From: Candidatus Omnitrophota bacterium | GTDB taxonomy: Bacteria; Omnitrophota; Gorgyraeia; Gygaellales; Profunditerraquicolaceae | DNA: 64,000 nt | Assembly (NCBI GenBank): GCA_018812825.1 | Contig: JAHJCJ010000069.1 | Span: 3,825-67,824, forward strand | Direction: 5' to 3' | Part shown: positions 1-8,187 of the stretch, in pieces | Layout: each line of letters opens with the position of its first letter | How positions within the stretch are numbered: the first letter of the stretch is position 1 | Position numbers and translations under genes: made by a program | Notes under the pieces: generated by a model | Databases searched by the model: none | What the model saw: only the letters and a program-made list of their open reading frames with translations | Told to the model about the DNA's origin: nothing

Positions 1-326
1 CGGATTGCTGCGTACGGACAAACCATAACGCACATCCAGCAACCCACGCATCGATTCTCGTCATGCAGGACCATCCCGGTTGCAGCATCGCGCGTTAAGG
101 CCTTAGCCATACACGCAGACACGCATTTCTGTTCTTTGCAATGCCGGCAAGATACAGGATAATTCTCTCCCGTTGCTGCAAACACTGTGGTCCGGGGAAG
201 AGAAAGCTTTATTTCTTTAAGCGCCTCACTCAATTCACCGCTTTGCGAATGAGCAAGGGCACAGGATAACTCACAAGTCTTACACCCTACGCATTTTTTG
301 AAAACATAATATAAGTTTTTCATGGC
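1..326 (-). CDS. cooF: CooF-like 4Fe-4S ferredoxin of CO dehydrogenase, partial (C-terminus lies beyond the window start)
   Basis: Hand translation of the minus strand from the ATG at 326: MKNLYYVFKKCVGCKTCELSCALAHS...CRHCKEQKCVSACMAKAL...CVGCWMCVMVCPYAA. It shows CxxCxxCxxxC ferredoxin motifs. The frame stays open to the window edge, and the start codon sits immediately downstream of the cooS stop on the same strand. Confidence 0.6.
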
Positions 327-2231
327 TTACGGATACATCATGGGTTTAAGTTTTAACGCCTGACGTTTCTTATCGATATGTTCAATTATAATCTTTGCCA
401 TTTGTATAGGGTCAGGCTCAAACGCCCATTTCCCTCCGGTAACAGATTCCACCTCTTCGGTTACAAACTTAGTCAGGTTATGTGAACCATGCAAAGGATA
501 GGGATTGCCGAAAACCACCATTGCCCCGGAGGCAACAAAATACCAGCCAATAGCAATAGCCTTCTCAGACATCCATTCGGGTGCAGCGCCCGCCACCGGT
601 AATTCATCAAGACTTTTTCCGATACCGCCTTCTTTTACCATCTCGCAACAAGCAGTAAGTATGCGGGAGTTATCCACGCATGGCCCCAGATGCAGCACCG
701 GCGGACAACCCACAGCCGCGCAAATCTCCTGCAACCCTTTACCCGCGTATTTAAATGCGGCCTCAGGCACCAATAATCCTTCCTTGGCACAGGCAGTTGC
801 TGCACAGCCGGTCTGAACCACCAAAACATCTTTCCTGATAAGCTCTTTTACCAGGGTAATATGCGTTTCGCCGCTTTTTAGCTTAGGGTTATCGCACCCT
901 ACTACGCCGGCCACCCCGCGGATCCTTCCGGAAATAATTGCCTCATTTAACGGACTAAAAGTAGACCTATAGTTTCCGCCCAACATCTTAAAGATATATT
1001 CCGTGGTAAAACCGCCGACCAAATCGCGCGATTCTTTAGGAATATGCACGCGGGATTTATCGCGCTTGGGGAAATTCTCAATGGCCATAGTAATAATATT
1101 CCGGGCAATTTCCATCCCTTTTTCCTCATGGAACTCGATGTACACCGATCCGGGAAAATGCGCGCGGGGATTAGTAGAAACTACCTTCGTATGAAAACAA
1201 GAGGCGATACTCGGAAGAGAGGGCATGACGCACTGAAGATCAACGATCATCAGGTCTACTGCGCCGGTAATCAAAGCAAGCTCCTGCTGCAGGAAATTCC
1301 CGGCTACGCTAACTCCCTTTCGGCTTAATACCTCAAGAGCAGTACAACAAATCCCGGCGAGGTTAATACCGGAGGCACCCTTATCTTTGGCCAGTTGAAT
1401 AAGAGCAGGATCGACACTGGCAGTTGCAATAGCATCGGACAATATGGGCACGTGCCCATGGACAATAATATTTACCTGGTCATCTTTTAATACCCCTAGG
1501 TTTGCTTTTGCACGCAGCGGCTCAGGAGAACCAAAAAGAATATCGGATAAATCCGTGGCAATCATCGAACCGCCCCAACCATCGCTTAACGCCGTACGCA
1601 TCCCTTGCATCATGATAGAACGATAATCATTGTCAACGCCTATATTGGTACGGGCCAACGCCTCTGTCACTTCCCGGTCGATGCCCCGGGGCATGAGGTT
1701 ATTTACGCGCCAGATATCAATCTGCTTTTTAGGCGCCCGATTGGTAAGCATAAGCTCTCCGCTCTGCTGACCATACTCCTTAAAGAGACGCTCTGCTAAT
1801 TCCTCTGCGAGTTTATTGACATCTTTACCCGAGGTTTCCAAGCCATATTCTTTAGCAAAGCGCTCTAATTTTACCGCATCATTGATCTTATACCCTGGCG
1901 CTTTGCCGGTACTGGCTAAGAGCAGCGTTTTAATTATTTCGCGGCCATGATCATTATGACAAGCTGATCCGGCGGCAATATGACGCAAGAGGTTGCGCGC
2001 AGCAATTACATCGGCATCCGCTCCGCATACCCCACACTGCGCTCCCTCACCGAACGGATCAATCCTGCAAGGACCAAGATTACAGTTTTTACAGCATATA
2101 CCCAGCGTCCCAAAACCGCAGTGTGGCTCCTGTTTAAGTTTGCGGTCCCAAATAGTCTGGATAGAAGAATCTTCCGCAATCGCACGCATTTCTTTAGTCG
2201 CTAAATCTCCGGTAAAAATACGCTTGCTCAT
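327..2231 (-). CDS. cooS: Anaerobic Ni-dependent carbon monoxide dehydrogenase catalytic subunit
   Basis: 634 aa. The N-terminal cysteine cluster HCGFGTLGICCKNCNLGPCRI is typical of CooS/AcsA, and the length matches the family. It overlaps cooC by 4 bp, which suggests an operon. Confidence 0.9.
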   Translation of the reverse strand: MSKRIFTGDLATKEMRAIAEDSSIQTIWDRKLKQEPHCGFGTLGICCKNCNLGPCRIDPFGEGAQCGVCGADADVIAARNLLRHIAAGSACHNDHGREIIKTLLLASTGKAPGYKINDAVKLERFAKEYGLETSGKDVNKLAEELAERLFKEYGQQSGELMLTNRAPKKQIDIWRVNNLMPRGIDREVTEALARTNIGVDNDYRSIMMQGMRTALSDGWGGSMIATDLSDILFGSPEPLRAKANLGVLKDDQVNIIVHGHVPILSDAIATASVDPALIQLAKDKGASGINLAGICCTALEVLSRKGVSVAGNFLQQELALITGAVDLMIVDLQCVMPSLPSIASCFHTKVVSTNPRAHFPGSVYIEFHEEKGMEIARNIITMAIENFPKRDKSRVHIPKESRDLVGGFTTEYIFKMLGGNYRSTFSPLNEAIISGRIRGVAGVVGCDNPKLKSGETHITLVKELIRKDVLVVQTGCAATACAKEGLLVPEAAFKYAGKGLQEICAAVGCPPVLHLGPCVDNSRILTACCEMVKEGGIGKSLDELPVAGAAPEWMSEKAIAIGWYFVASGAMVVFGNPYPLHGSHNLTKFVTEEVESVTGGKWAFEPDPIQMAKIIIEHIDKKRQALKLKPMMYP

Positions 2232-2980
2232 TTAAGCCTCCGATTTAACTCCTTATAAATACCTAATAATTCTTTTTTAAGTTTATCGTCAAACACAAAT
2301 TTACCCCGGGCAGCCAAAAGATTCTGGCTAAACGACAAAAACCCTAAAGGTTCTGCGTTTAAATTCTTGCGCAAAAAATCCTCGTCCGCCTTATGTTGCA
2401 CTTTATTACCAATAAACCAGATCTTTTTTATCCCTAAAGCGCAGGCCAAAGAATACACATGTAAACCAGTACTAACTCCCAATTGCGTAGGCTCGGTAAT
2501 GATGAGAAAGGCATCTACCGCCTGCGCTGTCCCTCTTCCCAGATGCTCTGTGCCGGCGACCATATCCAAAAGCACCACTTCTTCATTTACCACCAAGTGA
2601 CTGATCAGGCGCTTGATAAATGCATTCTCCGGGCACAAACAACCGCCTTCCGCCTTTTGCACCTTCCCCATAACGATGAGCCTGATATTATTGTGCTGGG
2701 GGCAAAATTTTCCCGGGATATCTTCGACCTCGGGATTCAGCTTAAAATACCCGCTTGATTGAGTATCAACGGATGAAGTGCGTTTGGCAATTAATTCTTT
2801 CATTGCGCTTATGGGAACAATTTTTCCCGGCTCGGGAAAATCCAAAGCATACCCCAAATTCATGTCAGGGTCGCAATCAACGGCAATAACTGTTTTTTTA
2901 TCCTGCCCAAATAAAAGCGCTAGCCCGGCGGTGACTGTTGTTTTTCCTGAGCCGCCTTTTCCGGCTAAAGCAATTTTCAT
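2228..2980 (-). CDS. cooC: CODH nickel-insertion accessory ATPase (CooC/AcsF, MinD-like P-loop)
   Basis: 250 aa with the MinD-like Walker A motif KGGSGKTT. Adjacent to cooS, and its 3' end is coupled to fhs by a 4-bp overlap. Confidence 0.85.
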   Translation of the reverse strand: MKIALAGKGGSGKTTVTAGLALLFGQDKKTVIAVDCDPDMNLGYALDFPEPGKIVPISAMKELIAKRTSSVDTQSSGYFKLNPEVEDIPGKFCPQHNNIRLIVMGKVQKAEGGCLCPENAFIKRLISHLVVNEEVVLLDMVAGTEHLGRGTAQAVDAFLIITEPTQLGVSTGLHVYSLACALGIKKIWFIGNKVQHKADEDFLRKNLNAEPLGFLSFSQNLLAARGKFVFDDKLKKELLGIYKELNRRLK

Positions 2981-4671
2981 GATAACCCCACTATCCTACC
3001 TTCAGAATCTATGTCCATCTTCTCGCCAGCCGGATGCGATGGAAGCCCCGGCATCGTACGCATCTGTCCGCACAAAGGATATAAGAAACCCGCTCCCGCA
3101 GCCACCCGTATATCGCGGATGGGAATAGTAAATCCTGTGGGCCTGCCTTTTAATTCGGGATCATGGGAAAGAGATAAATGAGTCTTTGCCATGCAAATAG
3201 GAAATTTATTATAACCCAGTTTAGTATAAAGTTCAATCTTTTTCGTTGCCTCAGGAGAATATTCAACCTTTGCTGCCCCGTATATACTCTTGGCTATGCT
3301 TTCAATCTTTTGCATAATGGGCTCGTCTAGCGAATATAGGCATTTGAACTGACAGGGCTTGCTTGCAGCTTTTATCACTGCCCGGGCCAAGTCTATCCCA
3401 CCCTCTCCGCCTCTTGCCCAAACTTCGCTTACCACTGCATCATCACAGCCGGCAGCTAGAGCTTTTTTTCGCACCGCCTCTATTTCTTTATCCGTATCTG
3501 TGGTAAATTTGTTTATCGCCACTACTACAGGCAGACCAAACAACTTTATATTTTCAATATGTTTCTCCAAGTTTACCGCGCCCTGTTCAACCGCATCAAT
3601 ATTTTCCTTCAACAAATCTTCGCTCAACGGCTTTCCTGCTACCACTTTGAAACGCCCGCTATGCATCTTCAGTGCGCGGATAGAACAAACGATTACCGCT
3701 ACATTGGGCACTAATCCGCTAATACGGCATTTAATATTAAAAGCTTTTTCTGCGCCGCAATCAGCGCCAAAACCGCTCTCGGTAACCACATACTCGCTCA
3801 ATCTAAATGCGATCTTATCGGCAATGATAGAATTATTTCCGTGGGCTATGTTTGCAAACGGCCCTGCATGCACAAAACACGGGGTATGTTCAGTCGTCTG
3901 CATCAACGTAGGTTTGATTGCGTCTTTTAAAAGCACTGCCATTGCTCCGGCAACTTTTAAATCCTCGGTAGTAACCGGTTTTCCGTCATAGGTAAAAGCA
4001 ACCACAATCCTGCCTAAGCGCTGCCGTAAATCTTTGAAATCACTGGCAAGAGCAAGAATAGCCATTACCTCCGATGCCACGGTAATATCAAAACCACTTT
4101 GGCGCACGATACCATCTTCCGCAGACCCCTGGCCAATAGTAATATTACGTAAAGATCTGTCGCTGACATCCACAACTCTTCGCCAGAGTATCTCCGAAGG
4201 GTCTATATTTAATTTATTGCCCCTATAAAGAGAATTATCCATGAAAGCCGCGCAGAGATTATGCGCTAGGCCGACCGCATGCACATCGCCGGTCAAATGC
4301 AGGTTGAAATCCTCCATTGGCACAACCTGAGAATACCCGCCACCTGCAGCGCCGCCTTTTATGCCAAATACAGGCCCCAGCGATGGCTGCCGTATGCAGG
4401 TAGAAACCTTTTTGCCTAACTTGGCCAATCCTAGCGACAAACCAATCGTAGTAACAGTCTTGCCTTCGCCAAGCGGCGTTGGGGTTATGGCAGTGACATA
4501 TATATATTTGCCTTCGGGATTATCTTTTAACCGCTGTAAAACAGAAAGCTCAACCTTCGCCTTATACTTACCATAAAGCTCTAGCTCGTCCTCGCGAATA
4601 CCAATTTTCTCAGCGATCTCTAAAATAGGCCTTAGTTTTATTTCTCGGGAGATCTCGATATCAGTCTTCAT
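2977..4671 (-). CDS. fhs: Formate--tetrahydrofolate ligase (formyl-THF synthetase)
   Basis: 564 aa. The motif PTPLGEGKTVTTIGL and the length are diagnostic for Fhs. Confidence 0.95.
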   Translation of the reverse strand: MKTDIEISREIKLRPILEIAEKIGIREDELELYGKYKAKVELSVLQRLKDNPEGKYIYVTAITPTPLGEGKTVTTIGLSLGLAKLGKKVSTCIRQPSLGPVFGIKGGAAGGGYSQVVPMEDFNLHLTGDVHAVGLAHNLCAAFMDNSLYRGNKLNIDPSEILWRRVVDVSDRSLRNITIGQGSAEDGIVRQSGFDITVASEVMAILALASDFKDLRQRLGRIVVAFTYDGKPVTTEDLKVAGAMAVLLKDAIKPTLMQTTEHTPCFVHAGPFANIAHGNNSIIADKIAFRLSEYVVTESGFGADCGAEKAFNIKCRISGLVPNVAVIVCSIRALKMHSGRFKVVAGKPLSEDLLKENIDAVEQGAVNLEKHIENIKLFGLPVVVAINKFTTDTDKEIEAVRKKALAAGCDDAVVSEVWARGGEGGIDLARAVIKAASKPCQFKCLYSLDEPIMQKIESIAKSIYGAAKVEYSPEATKKIELYTKLGYNKFPICMAKTHLSLSHDPELKGRPTGFTIPIRDIRVAAGAGFLYPLCGQMRTMPGLPSHPAGEKMDIDSEGRIVGLS

Positions 4672-5235
4672 ACCTTACCTTTCTTTCCTAAAGTTTCTTG
4701 GGAATAACAGGAGCGATTGATAGTATAAAACTGCACCTAATCCAATCTGAGCAAACCAGCCCAGATGGGCTAAATTAGAAATTATCTTTCTATTTTTTAT
4801 TGTTTTATCCGCTTCGCCGAAATCGCAAGAAGAGGCGATGCAAAAAAACTTTATGTGTTGCGCTTCAGCTTTACTAAGACTCTTTCACTTACTGCATATT
4901 ATTATACCATATAACTTTAGTTTTTTTAACAAATTTCAGTTAAGCATATCAAGTATACATACAATTTATGTAATTATTGCATTTTATTGTAAAACAAATC
5001 CAGATTAATTCCTAAAAAAATCTGCATTTTCATAAGACTAAGGTATGTGCAAGAATATAACAAAATATTTTTGTTCATGAAACTGATTTGTTATATAACT
5101 TGATTAAAATGCAATCTTAAAATAAACCGTCTATTTCTTTTTTCTACCGATAATGAGTGCGGTGCCGAATTCATCGGCTGCCTAAGATGAAGATTTGCTT
5201 TTCTTGCCGATTACCGTAGAAATTCCTGACTCGTA

Positions 5236-5260
5236 AGCCGTAAAAAAATACGGCTTTTTT
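5236..5260 (+). terminator. Candidate rho-independent terminator oriented on the plus strand (agccgta-aaaaaaa-tacggct followed by T6)
   Basis: A 7-bp GC-containing stem is followed by TTTTTT on the plus strand. No plus-strand gene of 60 aa or more lies upstream, so this may terminate an unannotated small transcript. Confidence 0.3.
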
Positions 5261-5310
5261 GAAACGATAATACCAATCCCATAAGATCTTGAGATTTCAT
5301 CATAATTTTC

Positions 5311-5766
5311 TTAGAGGACCTTCATTTTAGCGCCGACCTTGACTATGCCACCTTTTAAAACTTTTGCGAAGACGCCCTCGCGAGGCATAATACAATCTCC
5401 TGTTTTATAATAGATAGCGCATCTGGAGACACAAGCTTTACCGATCTGGACTATCTCTAGGATTACGCTTCTACCAATCTTTATTTTTGTAGCAAGCGAT
5501 AAACTTTTTAAATCTATGCCTTCGCTGACAATATTCTCAGCAAAATCTCCAGAACCAACACTTAGTCCTCGGGCTCTCATCTTTTCTATAGACTCTTCTG
5601 CCAATAAGCTCACCTGCCGAGGACTACCTGCATGGGCATCATTTTCTATTCCGAAATTTTCCTTAAAAATAGCTACCTTGATGTTTTCTTTCTTAGTTCC
5701 TTTCTCTTTTGACATACAGAGCGCTTTAACCCTGCCGATAATATTATTTCCTCTTATAATGCCCAC
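5311..5766 (-). CDS. MOSC-domain protein (Moco sulfurase C-terminal domain family)
   Basis: 151 aa, the size of a standalone MOSC beta-barrel. It is the last gene of the moa operon. The start may be the internal Met (MSKEKG...) at about 5715, which would remove the overlap with moaC. Confidence 0.6.
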   Translation of the reverse strand: MGIIRGNNIIGRVKALCMSKEKGTKKENIKVAIFKENFGIENDAHAGSPRQVSLLAEESIEKMRARGLSVGSGDFAENIVSEGIDLKSLSLATKIKIGRSVILEIVQIGKACVSRCAIYYKTGDCIMPREGVFAKVLKGGIVKVGAKMKVL

Positions 5767-6196
5767 TTCTGCCGCCTGTTTTTTCTATCAATCTTATTTG
5801 ATTAATCATTGCGCTCCTATCAATGGATTTACACATATCATAAATTGTCAGGGCCGACATACAAGATGCAACCATTGCCTCCATTTCAACACCTGTCTTG
5901 GCTTTTGTTTTACATCTTGCTGTAATTAAAATACTTTTTCTTTCTAATTTAAAATCTATCTCCACATGCTCCAAAAGCAAAGGATGGCACAGGGGAATAA
6001 GTTCATCAACCTTCTTAGCAGCTAAAATCCCGGCGCATTTTGCTATAGTCAATACATCGCCTTTGGCGACTTTCTTATTTGCTATAAGTTTTATAGTTTG
6101 CGGCCGAAGGTAAATGCTCGCCTGCACAACTGCCTCTCTTAAGGTTGCCGGTTTCTTACCTATATCCACCATCTTAACGCCATTAATAATGCGCAT
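5744..6196 (-). CDS. moaC: Cyclic pyranopterin monophosphate synthase
   Basis: 150 aa with the LIPLCHPL and TGVEMEA motifs characteristic of MoaC. Confidence 0.9.
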   Translation of the reverse strand: MRIINGVKMVDIGKKPATLREAVVQASIYLRPQTIKLIANKKVAKGDVLTIAKCAGILAAKKVDELIPLCHPLLLEHVEIDFKLERKSILITARCKTKAKTGVEMEAMVASCMSALTIYDMCKSIDRSAMINQIRLIEKTGGRSGHYKRK

Positions 6197-6198
6197 TT

Positions 6199-6720
6199 TT
6201 ATCTCCAGATAGCCCCCATTACTCCAAACAGTATAATCACTATTGCCGGATGTATCTTTGTATAAATAAATATAAGAAATGACGAAATAATTATTAGCAG
6301 GATCTTAGCTTGCATTAAATGCCGGATATTAATGGTCTGGAATGCCACTGCAATAATCATCGCAAATACAGCAGGCCGGATTGCATCAAAAGCGCTTTTT
6401 ACCGCCGGTAAATCTTTGTAACGCGCGTAAATTACTGCCGCAAAGATCACAGCCAGCGCGGGAGCTAAAATATTACCCAAGTTTGCGCATACCGCACCAG
6501 AGATTCCTGCTATCTTATATCCCGTATATGTCGCGTATTGAATCGAAATCGCTCCCGGACAAATCTTGACTAACCCTCCGACATTTAGAAATTCCTCCCT
6601 GCTCAGCCAATGGTATTTTTCCACCACTTCCTTTTCGATCAATGGAAAAAAAGAATACGCTCCCCCTATGGCAAATAAGCCTATCCTCAAAAAAGCTAGA
6701 AATAAACTGATCAAAACCAT
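6199..6720 (-). CDS. Chromate-ion-transporter (ChrA) family protein, short single-domain form
   Basis: 173 aa, hydrophobic throughout. The LRIGLFAIGGAYSFFPLIE-type motif is typical of CHR family halves. Embedded between moaB and moaC. Confidence 0.65.
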   Translation of the reverse strand: MVLISLFLAFLRIGLFAIGGAYSFFPLIEKEVVEKYHWLSREEFLNVGGLVKICPGAISIQYATYTGYKIAGISGAVCANLGNILAPALAVIFAAVIYARYKDLPAVKSAFDAIRPAVFAMIIAVAFQTINIRHLMQAKILLIIISSFLIFIYTKIHPAIVIILFGVMGAIWR

Positions 6721-7221
6721 CTAATGCTCCTTATTGGCCAACATCTCTAGCCCATGAGCTAAGCCATCGAGTATCGCTTCTAAAGATTCCTCTGCGCCCT
6801 TAGTACTTCCTGGCAGGTTGATTATCAAGGTTTTCCCACGGATACCGGCAACCGCCCGAGAGAGCATCGCCCTTTTCGTAAACTTCAAACATTCTACGCG
6901 CATGGCCTCGGGGATCCCGGGAACCTCTCTTTCGATTATTTCTCTAGTTGCTTCGGGTGTCAGGTCCCGGGCAGTAAAACCAGTCCCGCCATTTGTCAGC
7001 ACCAGGTCAACTTTAAGGTTATCAGCGTAACTTTTCAGCTTCTCCTTAATTATTTCCGGCTCATCAGGAACAATCTCGTAAATTACTACCTCAGCCGGAA
7101 GATTACGGATAATATCCTGCACCACCTTACCACTCTTATCTTCTCTTTTGCCTTCGTGACATCTGTCACTTATGGTTAAAACTGCTACTTTATACATAGT
7201 TTTCAACCCCCAATAGAACAC
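6721..7221 (-). CDS. moaB: Molybdenum cofactor biosynthesis protein B (MogA/MoaB family)
   Basis: MogA/MoaB fold motifs LTNGGTGFTARD and INLPGS. The likely true start is the Met at about 7197 (MYKVAVLTISD), which removes the overlap with moaA. Confidence 0.85.
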   Translation of the reverse strand: MFYWGLKTMYKVAVLTISDRCHEGKREDKSGKVVQDIIRNLPAEVVIYEIVPDEPEIIKEKLKSYADNLKVDLVLTNGGTGFTARDLTPEATREIIEREVPGIPEAMRVECLKFTKRAMLSRAVAGIRGKTLIINLPGSTKGAEESLEAILDGLAHGLEMLANKEH

Positions 7222-8186
7222 ATGAAGAAATCTGATTGCGTTTTTGACTTTTTCTTATCCAAAGCATGCTCCTTAGGTTTCAACTTTACTGCTTCCTCAA
7301 TGATCTGCCTTATTTCTTCTTCGTCTCTGCCCTGCCTTAAAGGCTGGCGCAAATCCACCTTACTGTCCGAATGCAAACAAGGCCTTAAGATTCCGTCCGA
7401 AGAAAGCCTAAGCCTGTTGCAGGAAGAGCAGAATTTATTGCTCATCGGGCTGATAAACCCAAAACTGCCCAAGGCATGTTTAAATTTAAACACCTCTGCC
7501 GGGCCTGCCCCGAAAACCCGGATTTCTTCTATGGGAAAGATTTTTTCCGCTATTTCCATAACTATGGCAGAAGAGATAAATTTATCCTGCAGATAAAAAG
7601 AAGTAACCGGCATAAGTTCCAGGAAACGCACGCAAAGGGAATTTTCAATGGTCAGCCTTAAAAAATCAACAATCTCCTTTTTTTCAATATCGCCTAATAG
7701 CAGCACATTTATCTTAAGCGGAGTAAAACCGGCTTTGATGGCCTCTTCAATACCGTCTATGACTTCCTTTAAATCTCCGCCCCGGCTGATCCTTCTGTAT
7801 CTTGCTTCTTTTAAACTGTCTAAGCTGACATTAATGCGTTTCAGGCCTGCATTTTTTAAAGCCTGCGCGTATTCTTTTAAAAGAATACCATTGGTGGTAA
7901 GAGAAATATCCTTTAACCCCTTGATCACACTTAAGGCGCTGACCAGATCAACCAGACCTTCCCTGACTAATGGCTCTCCGCCGGTAAGACGGATCTTATC
8001 GATCCCCAGAAAAACCCCTGCCTCAACTATTCTGATAATCTCTTCAAAGGTAAGTATATCTTCGTGCGGCTTATGGAGTATGCCGGCCTCAGGCATGCAA
8101 TATAAACAGCGCAGATTACAGCGGTCAGTAACCGATATCCTTAAATAATCTATTTTACGGCCAAAGCCATCAATCAATGACCCCAT
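7203..8186 (-). CDS. moaA: GTP 3',8-cyclase (radical SAM)
   Basis: 327 aa. The N-terminal CNLRCLYC radical-SAM motif and the C-terminal cysteine cluster are typical of MoaA. Confidence 0.9.
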   Translation of the reverse strand: MGSLIDGFGRKIDYLRISVTDRCNLRCLYCMPEAGILHKPHEDILTFEEIIRIVEAGVFLGIDKIRLTGGEPLVREGLVDLVSALSVIKGLKDISLTTNGILLKEYAQALKNAGLKRINVSLDSLKEARYRRISRGGDLKEVIDGIEEAIKAGFTPLKINVLLLGDIEKKEIVDFLRLTIENSLCVRFLELMPVTSFYLQDKFISSAIVMEIAEKIFPIEEIRVFGAGPAEVFKFKHALGSFGFISPMSNKFCSSCNRLRLSSDGILRPCLHSDSKVDLRQPLRQGRDEEEIRQIIEEAVKLKPKEHALDKKKSKTQSDFFMCSIGG

Positions 8187-8187
8187 A

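Noticed and set aside
3359-3991. Plus-strand ORFs of 60-210 aa throughout the window (for example 3359..3991, 7648..8148, 8741..9172, 30108..30599, 30711..31184, 44472..44924, 59474..59905, 61790..62287)
   Set aside because: Each lies antisense and fully inside a well-supported minus-strand gene. Their compositions are skewed (Ser/Pro/Ala-rich mirror frames), no SD sequences are present and no family resemblance is seen. They are shadow ORFs.
1-4671. Calling the window a complete Wood-Ljungdahl pathway
   Set aside because: The acetyl-CoA synthase and corrinoid Fe-S protein genes (acsB, acsC, acsD, acsE) are not present within the window. Only the methyl branch, an FDH and a CooS-type CODH are.
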